A stretch of 64,000 bases of DNA from Candidatus Latescibacterota bacterium (GCA_965219995.1 CBDCOX010000002.1:1248001-1312000); one strand, 5' to 3'. Positions 20,776 through 30,553 are shown, numbered from the stretch's first letter. Notes: a model not told the origin generated them from the sequence alone. Numbers and translations: made by a program.

Positions 20776-22071
20776 TCAGGGGATCGTGACGTTTCCCGGA
20801 GTATCGGGATCGCTTGCCGTCCGCCCGCCCATCACAATTTCGAGCCCCGCCTCGTGATTTCGTGCAGCCAGATTCGCGCAGGGCGGAGTGCCCGGATTCT
20901 TGGCGTCTTCAGGGTGACGCCCGAGAAACCCTTTGGTGATCCGTCGCCACGTGCCTCCGAATCTAGCCCTAGACTGCCGAAAAGCCGCACTCCGCACGTC
21001 TTGCGCAAGACAGGTCGGCTCCTTCCCCAGGAAATCCTCTACGAAAAAATTCATCCAATGCAATTCTGCCCTCTTTGCGTAGCGAAGCGTCCCGATAAAC
21101 CGCCGCTCGTCGGCGGCCAGGTCGGTCACGTGCAGTGACATCGCGCTACCACCTTCCGAGTCCTCCTCGGTTACTTCAAACCGATACGTTGCGCCGACAC
21201 GCCACTGATAGTCCAACGCACACGCCTGTCCCGTGCCTTCGCCCCCGAACGGCCTGCACACGACGCCGTCGCCGCTTTTCAAGACCTGCGCATCACCCCC
21301 ACCGGGGGCGTTCCAGACGGAAAATTGGAGCTGGCGATCGTATAGCGACCCACGACGCTGTAAGCCAGTGTATCCACCATCCCACTGGATGGCTACATAG
21401 TATGTCCCTTCGGGCTCTGTAAGGGGCGTGAGATCCATCGAGTAACCCGTGGCGCGGCCGCTGTGGCGCAACAGGACGTTGACGGCACCACTTGGCGGAT
21501 GCCGCGACGCGACGCTTTCGGTCCTGTATTCAGCTTTAACCGACGACACTGAGTTCTCCACAGTTAGCTGCAGGATGCCGGCGCCTGGCGCACCCGCAAC
21601 CCAGACGACTGCAATCCTACCGTCAGCGGCCGTCACACCCTGGGAAGGATACACCCAGCCGGATCGCTCATCGGTAATCCAAGCCCACGACGCGCCCGGG
21701 ACATGAGCGCCGGATTCATCAACGACCCTGACTTCAATTCGCTCGTCCGATCGCTTCCCGGCTTCAGTCGGGCCGAAGCTCGTCGCTGAAGGGATAACTG
21801 CAGCGACTTGTTGACACTTGGCGCCAAACACAGCGGCAAAGGACACGAAATCGGAGAAATCTACGATTCCGTTGTCGTCCAGATCCATCAGCGCATTGAA
21901 ATTTGCACTGCCGGTGCGCGCTCCAAACACAGCGGCAAAGGACACGAAATCGGAGAAATCGACTGTGCCGCTGCCGTCAAAATCACTCCTGCATCCGCTT
22001 TCCGCCGCAGAAGAAGCCAATCCTGCCGAGACCAGGAATACAATCGCGCGAAGCAACACGTTGCTCATCAA
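20776..22071 (-). CDS. Secreted protein with N-terminal EF-hand/dockerin-like tag, Ig-like domain and DUF3472-like domain
   Basis: Signal peptide; DFDGSGTVDFSDF twice; TYY..WDGGYTGLQ..FSVW..FGGEGTG..FVEDF. Confidence 0.75.
   Translation of the reverse strand: MMSNVLLRAIVFLVSAGLASSAAESGCRSDFDGSGTVDFSDFVSFAAVFGARTGSANFNALMDLDDNGIVDFSDFVSFAAVFGAKCQQVAAVIPSATSFGPTEAGKRSDERIEVRVVDESGAHVPGASWAWITDERSGWVYPSQGVTAADGRIAVVWVAGAPGAGILQLTVENSVSSVKAEYRTESVASRHPPSGAVNVLLRHSGRATGYSMDLTPLTEPEGTYYVAIQWDGGYTGLQRRGSLYDRQLQFSVWNAPGGGDAQVLKSGDGVVCRPFGGEGTGQACALDYQWRVGATYRFEVTEEDSEGGSAMSLHVTDLAADERRFIGTLRYAKRAELHWMNFFVEDFLGKEPTCLAQDVRSAAFRQSRARFGGTWRRITKGFLGRHPEDAKNPGTPPCANLAARNHEAGLEIVMGGRTASDPDTPGNVTIP
21824..21960. 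repeat. Perfect 38-bp direct repeat, 99 bp apart, within the dockerin-like tag
   Basis: CCAAACACAGCGGCAAAGGACACGAAATCGGAGAAATC at 21824-21861 and 21923-21960. Confidence 0.9.
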
Positions 22072-22165
22072 CGTAGACCCCTTATCGGACCCTTAGCACG
22101 ACAAACCAGCCCTTTCGTTTCGTCCAGTGCCGTCGAAGATCGCCCGAGATCCTATTGACGCAGAT

Positions 22166-23227
22166 TCACCTTCCCCCCTCTCCCGCCAAATCTACCCCAA
22201 ATTCCTTACCGATTTCGCAGACCGTTTCCCACGTCCGGTCGTCCACCTCGATGCCCTCGGTGGCGCGGCGTTCGGCGGTGCGGAACTCCGGTTCACCCGG
22301 AGCCAGGATTTCATCGAATCCCTCCGCGAGGCGGCTGGATTTCACGTGGCGCATCAGGCCTTCCACTTCGTCGTAGAACGTCTCCATGTCTGTGAAGTGT
22401 TCGATGTCGTACGCGTTGATCAGCACGCCGTTGCTGATCATCTCCCGGTCCCCCGCCGCGCAGCCCTGGCCGCTGAGCGCCCCGCCAAGTAATTCGACCA
22501 TAATGCTCAGCCCGTAACCCTTGTGACCCGCGCCGCCCCCCAGCGGCAGAATGGCCCCCGGCGGATCGTCCTTGAAATCGTTCGGTTCCGTGGTGGGCGC
22601 CCCGTGCCCGTCGATGAGCCATCCCTCCGGCACCTTGACGCCCTGGTTGATCGCCAGCCGGATCTTGCCTTCGGCGACGATTGACGTGGTCATATCCACG
22701 AGGATCGGATCCGCTTCCCGGCGCGGGGCCGCGAACGCGATCGGGTTCGTACTCAACCGGCCGTCGATGCCGCCAAACGGCGCGATCTGATAGCCCAGCC
22801 GTCCGGCGTTCACGAAGATCTGCCCGATCATCCCCTCCGCCGCGATCATCAGCGGATACGCGCCCACCCGCCCGATATGGCTGGTATTTCGCAATACCAC
22901 GGTCGCGATGCCGCTCCGGCGGGCCTTCTCCATCGCCAGCCGGGTCGCGAATGTCGCGCCGACCTGCCCCATCGCGCCGCCGCCGTCCACAACGGCCGTA
23001 CAGGCCCGCTCGGAGATCACCTCGGGTGACGCATCCGGGCTGAAACGGCCGTCCTGTATCGCTTTCGCGTACTCGTAGAAGCGGATCGCGCCGTGGGAAT
23101 CGTGCCCGAACAGGTTGGAGTCCACCAGGTGGTCCACCACCGTCCGCGCGTCCTCGTCCCGGCACCCCGCCGCTCGAAACAACCGATACCCCACCCCACG
23201 CAACACATCGGGCTTGAACTTTGGCAC
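22166..23227 (-). CDS. Ldh_2 family (malate/L-lactate/sulfolactate-type) oxidoreductase
   Basis: GHDSHG, HIGRVGAY, STNPIAFAAP, GHKGYGL, PGEPE; GTG start with AAGGAG RBS. Confidence 0.9.
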   Translation of the reverse strand: MPKFKPDVLRGVGYRLFRAAGCRDEDARTVVDHLVDSNLFGHDSHGAIRFYEYAKAIQDGRFSPDASPEVISERACTAVVDGGGAMGQVGATFATRLAMEKARRSGIATVVLRNTSHIGRVGAYPLMIAAEGMIGQIFVNAGRLGYQIAPFGGIDGRLSTNPIAFAAPRREADPILVDMTTSIVAEGKIRLAINQGVKVPEGWLIDGHGAPTTEPNDFKDDPPGAILPLGGGAGHKGYGLSIMVELLGGALSGQGCAAGDREMISNGVLINAYDIEHFTDMETFYDEVEGLMRHVKSSRLAEGFDEILAPGEPEFRTAERRATEGIEVDDRTWETVCEIGKEFGVDLAGEGGR

Positions 23228-23322
23228 CTTAACTCCTTCGGTTAGAACGTCTAACGTTGCGCCAGGCATCAGCGTCGAGCTCGGTTCTTGCATAACAGTC
23301 GACCTGACTTAACCGTCTCACA

Positions 23323-23351
23323 ACGATACGCCTTGCCCCACCCTGAATCAA
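23323..23351 (-). promoter_or_regulatory. sigma70-type promoter for the Ldh_2 gene
   Basis: TTGATT-17 bp-TATCGT on the minus strand. Confidence 0.5.
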
Positions 23352-23473
23352 GCACAAAACAACAGGTTTGCCTCGACTTCAGACTATCGTGATGACGGCC
23401 GCTTAGTTGTCATCTGACGTCAGCGGCATTCCCTGTTCACACAAATGAATTCGACATCAGCAGATGAACGGCG

Positions 23474-23502
23474 GTAAAGGCAGGTTTGAAACCTGCCCCT
23501 AC
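23474..23502 (-). repeat. GTAG-family REP-like palindrome
   Basis: Minus strand GTAGGGGCAGGTTTCAAACCTGCCTTTAC. Confidence 0.65.
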
Positions 23503-23679
23503 GAATGGCGTCTTGGAACGAATCCAACGCCGCATCAAATTTCAGGATCGCCCTTGCGATGATAATCTGACACGCGTACGCCGAAGCAGGCACGAAACGT
23601 CGCACTGAACGTTATCGGAAGCGGAAGGTGCAATAGGAAATTATCGGCGCAGCTTGAGAGGGCGCGTGCAGGCGGGGGT

Positions 23680-23949
23680 CTACTTGGAGGCTTCCAGGCG
23701 TGTTTCGTTTTTGGCGATACGCTCGCCGAAGGAGTCCAGACGCTTCTCGACTTTCTCGAAGCGGTTGTTCATTGTGTCTTCAAGCCTGTCTATGCGCTGG
23801 GTAAGTCTGTCTTCAAGGTTGTTTATCCGATGAGTGAGTCTGTTTTCGAGGCTGGAGGTAAGTGTCCACATCGCGCCTGTTAAAACAAACAGGAAGGTAG
23901 CCATTCGTAAGTTTTCAGCGTTGAATAAAGATTTCACGTTCATAGCCAT
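23680..23949 (-). CDS. Small TM plus coiled-coil protein
   Basis: One TM helix followed by LEDRLT.RI.RLE repeats; GGAGAGG RBS. Confidence 0.7.
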   Translation of the reverse strand: MAMNVKSLFNAENLRMATFLFVLTGAMWTLTSSLENRLTHRINNLEDRLTQRIDRLEDTMNNRFEKVEKRLDSFGERIAKNETRLEASK

Positions 23950-23975
23950 ACCTCTCCAGTGCAGGTATTTCCGGA

Positions 23976-24004
23976 AAAGTACGTGGATATGCCTGACCTG
24001 TCAA
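23976..24004 (-). promoter_or_regulatory. sigma70-type promoter
   Basis: TTGACA-17 bp-TACTTT on the minus strand upstream of 23949. Confidence 0.6.
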
Positions 24005-24064
24005 GCACAAAGCACGGCGACACCGGCACTCGAATCGGATACGCGATTCAATCGCAGGTAGGCT

Positions 24065-25102
24065 TCAACCTCCTGCCGCCGCCCGGTATGCCTGCACCTG
24101 CGCATCGCCCGATTGTCTCCGGTATTGCGCGGCCGTCATTCCGTGTTCGGACATGCGGAGTTGGAAATACTGGCGCCCGATGCCGCTGTTTCGGGCTGCC
24201 CGCGATACGTTTCCGCCGGCTCGAAGAAGCGCCCGGTGCAGATACTCCTCTGTGAAACGCTCCATGCACACCCTGCGCGCGTCCTTGTACGGCAGGCTGT
24301 AGATGCCGCGGTCCGGTCTTGTCTCAGCGTCCTGGACTTCGTACGGCAGGTCGTCCGGCGTGATCACGTCTCCGTCGGTCAGCGCCAACGCGCCCGCGAT
24401 GGTGTGCGCGAGTTCCCGGATATTCCCGGGCCAGTCATAGCCCTCCAGAAGCGCACGGGTTTCGGAGTTGATCCGGCATGCGGCTCTTCCGGCACCACCG
24501 TATCGATCCAGAAAATGGGCGGCCAGAATGGGAATGTCGCTTCGACGTTCGCGCAGCGCCGGCAGATGGAGTTGAATCACGCGAAGGCGGTAATACAGGT
24601 CGTTTCGAAACCGTCCCGCGTCAACCCCCTGCTTCAGGTCCCTGTTCGTCGCCGCGACCACACGGACCCGCGCCCGCTTCCATCGGTGGTCCCCGACCGT
24701 CCTGTATTCACCCTCCTGGATCAGGCGAAGCAGTTGCCGCTGCAGGGGCTCATCGAGTTCACCCACTTCATCGAAAAAAAGCGTTCCGCCGCGAGCGACG
24801 CCCACCAGCCCAGGCCGGGATTCCGTGGCGCCGGTGAACGCCCCTCTGACATGGCCGAACAGTTCGCTACGCCCCATTTCCTTCGCCAGAATGCCGCAGT
24901 CCACAACCACAAACGGCGCATCAGCGCGGGGACTGCGGTCGTGCACTTCGCGGGCGATGAGCTCCTTCCCGGTCCCGGACTCGCCGGTGACCAGCACGGG
25001 AAGTTCGCTCTCTCCCGCCCGGCGTGCAAGTCTTCGCACCGCGCCGAAGGCTGGATGAGCGCCCACCATGGAGTCGTGTCTGCAACGGGAACTCTCAAAC
25101 AT
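24065..25102 (-). CDS. sigma54-dependent activator lacking an N-terminal sensory domain (AAA+ and Fis-HTH)
   Basis: GESGTGKE, ELFGHVRGAFTGA, FFDEVGE, WPGNIREL, GNVSRAAR. Confidence 0.9.
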   Translation of the reverse strand: MFESSRCRHDSMVGAHPAFGAVRRLARRAGESELPVLVTGESGTGKELIAREVHDRSPRADAPFVVVDCGILAKEMGRSELFGHVRGAFTGATESRPGLVGVARGGTLFFDEVGELDEPLQRQLLRLIQEGEYRTVGDHRWKRARVRVVAATNRDLKQGVDAGRFRNDLYYRLRVIQLHLPALRERRSDIPILAAHFLDRYGGAGRAACRINSETRALLEGYDWPGNIRELAHTIAGALALTDGDVITPDDLPYEVQDAETRPDRGIYSLPYKDARRVCMERFTEEYLHRALLRAGGNVSRAARNSGIGRQYFQLRMSEHGMTAAQYRRQSGDAQVQAYRAAAGG

Positions 25103-25459
25103 GCTTAGACACAGGGGCCGCCCGCCAGGTCGCGGGACGGCAAGCTGGATTCAAATTGCGGTATGCCGGAGATACGCGGATTTGCGGTACGAGCGTTTCA
25201 TCTTGCAAACATCGTACCCAAAAAAAGGAAAAGCGTCCCGATTCATCGCAGGCGCTTTCAATACAACGGTTAAGGTTTGCAATCGCCAGACGAATCCGAT
25301 CTCTGGTCATCCCTCCCGGTGCCAACGCACGTAGACGCCGGTCTTGCCAAACAAAACGACAGAAGCGCGAATACGCGTAACCTGTTGATACCAATAAGCA
25401 TACTGACTGTCAACGCGAGTTGACGAAAAGTTCCGGTCGTGCCTGCCCGTCAACAATAG

Positions 25460-28201
25460 TTACCGCGCGCCCCTGAGGCCGTGTCGATCCAGCTTTTTGT
25501 ACAACCCGGAACGCGTCAGCCCCAACTCCAGAGCCGTTCGGGAGATGTTCCCTTTGTTCTTTTCAATCACCTCGGATAGAAAACGCTTTTCAACCGACTG
25601 AATAAAGGCTTTCAATGTACCTGCCGGTCCCTGTCCGCTACCCGTTTCTTGACGTATGCGTTCAGAAAGCAATTCAATGTCGATAACCCCGCCATTTTCC
25701 ACCAGAGCCACTGCGCGGCGTATCTCGTTATCCAGCTGGCGCACGTTGCCGGGCCAGTCGTGACTGACGTAGGCCCTCACGACCCCATCTGTAAATCCGG
25801 TCACAGTCTTTCCGGCTTCGCGGGCGGCGTTCCGCAGCAGATGCCCTGCCAAGAGCGGGATGTCGTCTTTTCTGTCCTTCAGAGGCGGCATCCTGATGGG
25901 CAACACCTGAAGGCGGTAGAACAGGTCTTTCCGAAACGCCCCCGCGGTTACCGCCTCCTCCAGGTCCGCGTTCGTTGCCGCGATGACGCGGACCTTGACC
26001 CTGCGTGGCGTGCTCTCACCCACCCGCCGAACCTCGCCGTCCTGCAGGACCCGGAGCAGGCTGGCCTGGACTTCGGGGGCGGCGTCCGCGATCTCATCGA
26101 GAAAGACCGTACCGCCGTGCGCGGTCTCGAACAGCCCGGCACGATCCGACGTGGCGCCCGTAAACGATCCCTTTGTGTGACCAAACAACTCGCTATGGAG
26201 CAAACCGCCGGACAGAGCCGCGCAATTCTGCGACAGAAATACACGGTCGCTGACGGCGCTGTTGTCGTGAATCGCGCGGGCCGCCAGTTCCTTGCCTGTA
26301 CCCGTCTCTCCCTGTATAAACACCGTTGCGTCGGTGCAGGCCGCGCGTTCGATCAACCGATAGACCGTCTGCATCGCACGACTGGCACCGACGAGCCCGC
26401 CCAATCCCTTCCTTCCGGTCGGGTCGCGCTCGCGATAAAGCGTCCGTTCCTCCAATCTGCTTCGCATCCGAGCCTGAACAATGCCCGCGGACAGGAGGCC
26501 GGCCATTGCGATCAGAAACCTGCGGTCCGCTTCGGAAATGTTGCTACCCGTACCGCGAAGATCCAGATACAATGCCCCCGGAGAACTCCACTCTGTCCGG
26601 GTCAGCGGAATACAGGCTACCGGACGTTGGTCGAAGGCGAATATACGCTGCCGATTCTCGAACTGCATTTCCGCCTCGACTTCTGCGCCGAAAACCGGTC
26701 TTTTGTTCTCGATCACCCGTCGCGCCACGTCCCGGTCAATGTCCATCGCCGCGCTACTTTCGCCCTCGCGAGACCGCGCCGCTTCGATACCCAACGCTCC
26801 CGACGCGGTATCCTTCACCACGACGGCGGCCGTGTCCGCCTCCACGGCCCCCAGACATACGTCCAGTATCCTGTTCATCAGTGACGTCAAATCGAGGCCC
26901 CGACCCAGATCCGCAGCAAGGTTGGAGACCGCCGCAATCCTGTCGTGGACCTGTCTGCTCGCCGTCGAACCCACGGTTTCAGATCGATCCTCCAGCCGCG
27001 CCAATCCGGCAAGGAGACTCGACGCCTGACGAACAAAGTGAGGTGTCTGCAGGGCCGACGCTTTGCGTGCCGCCGACTCCAGCCGCATCCGCGCCATTTC
27101 CGGATTGCCTTGCTCAAGATAATACCGGCCGGCGGCCAGCAGCGAGCGGCACCATTCGAATCTTTGGTTTGACCGGTCGCACGCGATGGCCCGCTCAAAC
27201 GCGTCTTCGGCCTCACAATTTCGCTTTGCGGCCGCCATCGCGACCCCGATCCCGCGCCAGGTCACCGTCGGAGTTTCGCCTGCCATCCGGGTGCCGGCGC
27301 GGGCTCTGTCCGCCCATCTCACCGCCTCGTCGGGGCGCCCCAGGGCCGAGCAGGCCTCCGCCATCAAGCCGAACGCCCAGTAGAGCTGATGGGCATCCTT
27401 TACGTGAGACAAGATCTCAACGGCCTTTCTTCCATATACCGAAGCGGACTTTGCATCGTTCTTCTCCAGTGCGATCGAACCGAGGTAGAACTGGCTCACA
27501 CCTTCCGTCACGGTCCGTCTCCAGTCGCGGTCTGACTCCAGCTGTTCGCGGAAAAACTCCTCAGCGTGTTTGAAACTTCCGGTTTGAAAAGCAGTCGTGC
27601 CGGTCAGATGCATATCGCCGATGCGACGGACCCTGCTACCCGCTTTGTCCGACTGTTCCAGAGCAGATTGGAACCCTGAATAAGCATCTCCAAGACGGTC
27701 GTTCAGATGGGCGATGCAAGCCCTGAAATAGCTGGCTTTCGACCTGCTCGCTGCGTCATCGGCCCTCTCGAAGTGTTCGGATATGCGCCCCAGTTCCACC
27801 CTGGCTTCCTCCCGACGTTCCATACGCACATAGAGGTCGGCCAGCCACCCCCTCGTATCCATTTCTTTCTTCACAGGGCCCAGTTTTCGGTAGATTGCAA
27901 TTGCATCCAGAAACGCCCGTTCCGCGTCGTCGTACAAACGGGAACGGGCGTTGAGAATGCCGAACTGGCACAGAACCATCGCCTTCTCGCCGGGCGCGTC
28001 GTTCTTAATCAGCGACCACGCATCCTGTGCTTTCTCCCTGGCCTCCTCGACATACCCCCGCGAAGACAGCGCGTTGGAATAATCGCACAGAAACCTAATC
28101 GCGGATCGGACGCTATCGGCAGGTACAGCATCCGGATCATCAACCGGAAAACGCGGCTTCGAAACGCCTTCAATCATAAATAACGCCCGGTCTGCGCTCA
28201 T
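25460..28201 (-). CDS. TPR-GAF-AAA+-HTH sigma54-dependent activator
   Basis: N-terminal TPR helices, GAF region (VACIPL..GALYLD), GETGTGKE, GSFTGA, WPGNVRQL, GNISRTA; start uncertain (ORF extends to 28294). Confidence 0.85.
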   Translation of the reverse strand: MSADRALFMIEGVSKPRFPVDDPDAVPADSVRSAIRFLCDYSNALSSRGYVEEAREKAQDAWSLIKNDAPGEKAMVLCQFGILNARSRLYDDAERAFLDAIAIYRKLGPVKKEMDTRGWLADLYVRMERREEARVELGRISEHFERADDAASRSKASYFRACIAHLNDRLGDAYSGFQSALEQSDKAGSRVRRIGDMHLTGTTAFQTGSFKHAEEFFREQLESDRDWRRTVTEGVSQFYLGSIALEKNDAKSASVYGRKAVEILSHVKDAHQLYWAFGLMAEACSALGRPDEAVRWADRARAGTRMAGETPTVTWRGIGVAMAAAKRNCEAEDAFERAIACDRSNQRFEWCRSLLAAGRYYLEQGNPEMARMRLESAARKASALQTPHFVRQASSLLAGLARLEDRSETVGSTASRQVHDRIAAVSNLAADLGRGLDLTSLMNRILDVCLGAVEADTAAVVVKDTASGALGIEAARSREGESSAAMDIDRDVARRVIENKRPVFGAEVEAEMQFENRQRIFAFDQRPVACIPLTRTEWSSPGALYLDLRGTGSNISEADRRFLIAMAGLLSAGIVQARMRSRLEERTLYRERDPTGRKGLGGLVGASRAMQTVYRLIERAACTDATVFIQGETGTGKELAARAIHDNSAVSDRVFLSQNCAALSGGLLHSELFGHTKGSFTGATSDRAGLFETAHGGTVFLDEIADAAPEVQASLLRVLQDGEVRRVGESTPRRVKVRVIAATNADLEEAVTAGAFRKDLFYRLQVLPIRMPPLKDRKDDIPLLAGHLLRNAAREAGKTVTGFTDGVVRAYVSHDWPGNVRQLDNEIRRAVALVENGGVIDIELLSERIRQETGSGQGPAGTLKAFIQSVEKRFLSEVIEKNKGNISRTALELGLTRSGLYKKLDRHGLRGAR

Positions 28202-28353
28202 CTGGCACCGTAATTCCGGCACGTCGCGAGGAGGGGCCGAGGCATGGCGGACCTCCCTTCTTCTCATGAAGTTGACAGGAAGACGGGCGCCCACGATATC
28301 GGGTCAAAATCGGTGCAATCTAAGGTTTTCTCTGACAGTGCAAATCGAGAGAA

Positions 28354-30495
28354 TCACCCGTTATCTTTCTGCGCCACCAGCAACTCCAGCGGATGGATGA
28401 CGTTGATGCCCGTGCCCTCGCGCAGGTGGATGGCGCACACGCTGCTTTCGGTGACGATGGTGTCCACCTTCGCCTCCTGAAACGCCTGAAACAGCGGTTC
28501 TCCCACGGCCTGCGAGAGTTCGAATCCGAGCATTCCCTTCTTCATCCCGAACGTTCCCGCCATGCCGCAGCATGTGCCCGTCTCGATCAGCTCGACCTCG
28601 GCGCCCCGCCGCCTCAGATAGTCCATGGCCTGGCGGCCCGCATCGAGGGGCCGCTGGTGGCAGGAGACGTGGAATCCGAACCGCCGGCCCTCGAAGGCAG
28701 CGGAAGGGGGCCCGCCTCCGGCGCGCGCTTCGAGCATTTCGAGATACGCGAACAGCTCGTGCGTCCGTTCCGATACGGCTTTCGCATCCGTAAAGCCTTG
28801 TAGGAGCTTGGGATAGGATATTTTCAGACAGTACGCGGCCGTCGGCTCCGTGGCGACGATATCGTAGCCCGACTCGACGTAGGGCGCCATGAGGCGCACG
28901 TTCTCCTCGGCCAGCTTCTTTGCGCGCTTGAGATCTCCATAGCCGATGTAGGGGTATCCGCTGCCGCGCTGCCTGGGCAGAACGACCTCGCATCCCAGCG
29001 CTTCCAGCGCCTCTACGGCCGCCCGGCCCAGTTCCGGCGCATTGTAATTCGCGAACAGGTCGGCAAAGAACACCACCCGGCCCGCCGGTTCCGCCACCCG
29101 CGGCGCCGTGCCCCTCTTCCTGAACCACTTCGCCAGCGTCTGTCGCCTGAACGGGGGCAACGCCCGTCGCCGGTCAATGCCCGTAAACGCCTCCATCGCC
29201 CACCGGAACGCGCGGTTCCTCATCATCCAGTTGGAGACGGGCGCCGTGGCGCAACCGAACTTCGCCATCCCCTCCGCGGCCATGAGAACCCGGTTGACCC
29301 GGGGGTGTCCGTTTTCCTCGCCGTCGCGGTCCTTCACGCCGGCAATCATCATGGGAATATCGATTCCGGCGGGACAGATCTCCTTGCAGAGCCCGCATGA
29401 GACACAAAGCGGCGCGAACTCGGCGGCCTTGTCCAGTCCGTGGACCTCCGACGTCCACGGGATCCCGATCGGTCCCGGATAGATATAGCCAAATGTGTGC
29501 CCGCCGACCACCCCGTAGGTGGGACAGATATTCATGCAGGCGCCGCAGCGGATGCAATTCAGCGCGTCCTTGAACAGGGGATCCTCACGCATCCGGCTGC
29601 GTCCGTTGTCCAGAATGACGATATGCGACTCCCGCGGCCCACGCCCGTCTCCCGTTCCAAGGGGAGACCGCCCCCCCATCATCGTCACGTACGTCGTCAG
29701 ATGCTGGCCCACCGCGCTGATGGGATGCGCGAGCATCATCTGCAGCGCATCCTCAACCGTATCCACGATCTTCTCGCATCCCATGATGCAGATATGGACA
29801 TCGGGAATACTTGAAACCAGACGCGCGTTGCCTTCATTGGTCTCGATTACGATCGCGCCGGTCTCCGCGACCCCGACGTTGGCGCCTGTCATCCCGATAT
29901 CCGCGTTCAGAAAAATCGGCCGCAGGTACTTGCGCACGATTCGCATAATGGCGTCCACGTCATCCGGCACGTCCTGCTGCGTCACCTCCCTGAATATTTC
30001 CGCGACTTCGACCGCCGTTTTGTGCACGGCAGGGAAGACCAGGTGAAAGGGTTTTTCCTTCACTTTCTGAATGATCAGTTCACCCAGGTCCGTCTCGATC
30101 ACGTCCACCCCCGCCTCTTCCAGAGGATGGTTCACCTCGATTTCCTCGCTCGTGAGAGACTTGGATTTGGCCACGGTCGTGGCGCCGCGCTTGTTTACGA
30201 TGTCCAGAATGTACGCAATCGCGGCCGGACCGTCTTTCGCCATGAAGACCCGCGCGCCGCGCTCCCGCACCTTTCGCGCAAACCTGTCCACCAGTTCGTC
30301 CTGCTGCTCCAGACACCGGACCTTGACGGAACGAACCTCGTTCCGGAAGCCCTCGCCTCCCGGCAGCGCCCCCACGGCCTTATGCCGGCTGTCGCGGCCG
30401 CGTTTCATGGCGGTGTAAAGCGCCGTCCGGCTGGACCGTGCCTCGAGCGCACGATCGATTTTCTCTTCCAGTTGCTGGTACCGACCCTTCAGCAT
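28354..30495 (-). CDS. LutB/LldF-like lactate utilization Fe-S protein fused to C-terminal CCG domains
   Basis: KSKSLTSEEI, ETDLGE, CIRCGACMNICP, CVSCGLCKEICP; C-terminal HVSCH and CCGMAG. Confidence 0.85.
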   Translation of the reverse strand: MLKGRYQQLEEKIDRALEARSSRTALYTAMKRGRDSRHKAVGALPGGEGFRNEVRSVKVRCLEQQDELVDRFARKVRERGARVFMAKDGPAAIAYILDIVNKRGATTVAKSKSLTSEEIEVNHPLEEAGVDVIETDLGELIIQKVKEKPFHLVFPAVHKTAVEVAEIFREVTQQDVPDDVDAIMRIVRKYLRPIFLNADIGMTGANVGVAETGAIVIETNEGNARLVSSIPDVHICIMGCEKIVDTVEDALQMMLAHPISAVGQHLTTYVTMMGGRSPLGTGDGRGPRESHIVILDNGRSRMREDPLFKDALNCIRCGACMNICPTYGVVGGHTFGYIYPGPIGIPWTSEVHGLDKAAEFAPLCVSCGLCKEICPAGIDIPMMIAGVKDRDGEENGHPRVNRVLMAAEGMAKFGCATAPVSNWMMRNRAFRWAMEAFTGIDRRRALPPFRRQTLAKWFRKRGTAPRVAEPAGRVVFFADLFANYNAPELGRAAVEALEALGCEVVLPRQRGSGYPYIGYGDLKRAKKLAEENVRLMAPYVESGYDIVATEPTAAYCLKISYPKLLQGFTDAKAVSERTHELFAYLEMLEARAGGGPPSAAFEGRRFGFHVSCHQRPLDAGRQAMDYLRRRGAEVELIETGTCCGMAGTFGMKKGMLGFELSQAVGEPLFQAFQEAKVDTIVTESSVCAIHLREGTGINVIHPLELLVAQKDNG

Positions 30496-30553
30496 CGTCC
30501 ACTTCCTTATGCACCAAATCCGTCTGTATCGAATTCGAACGACAGACGGTATC

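Noticed and set aside
20414-22464. DGR template/variable repeat pair
   Set aside because: Differences are not restricted to adenines, are largely synonymous, and no RT gene is nearby.
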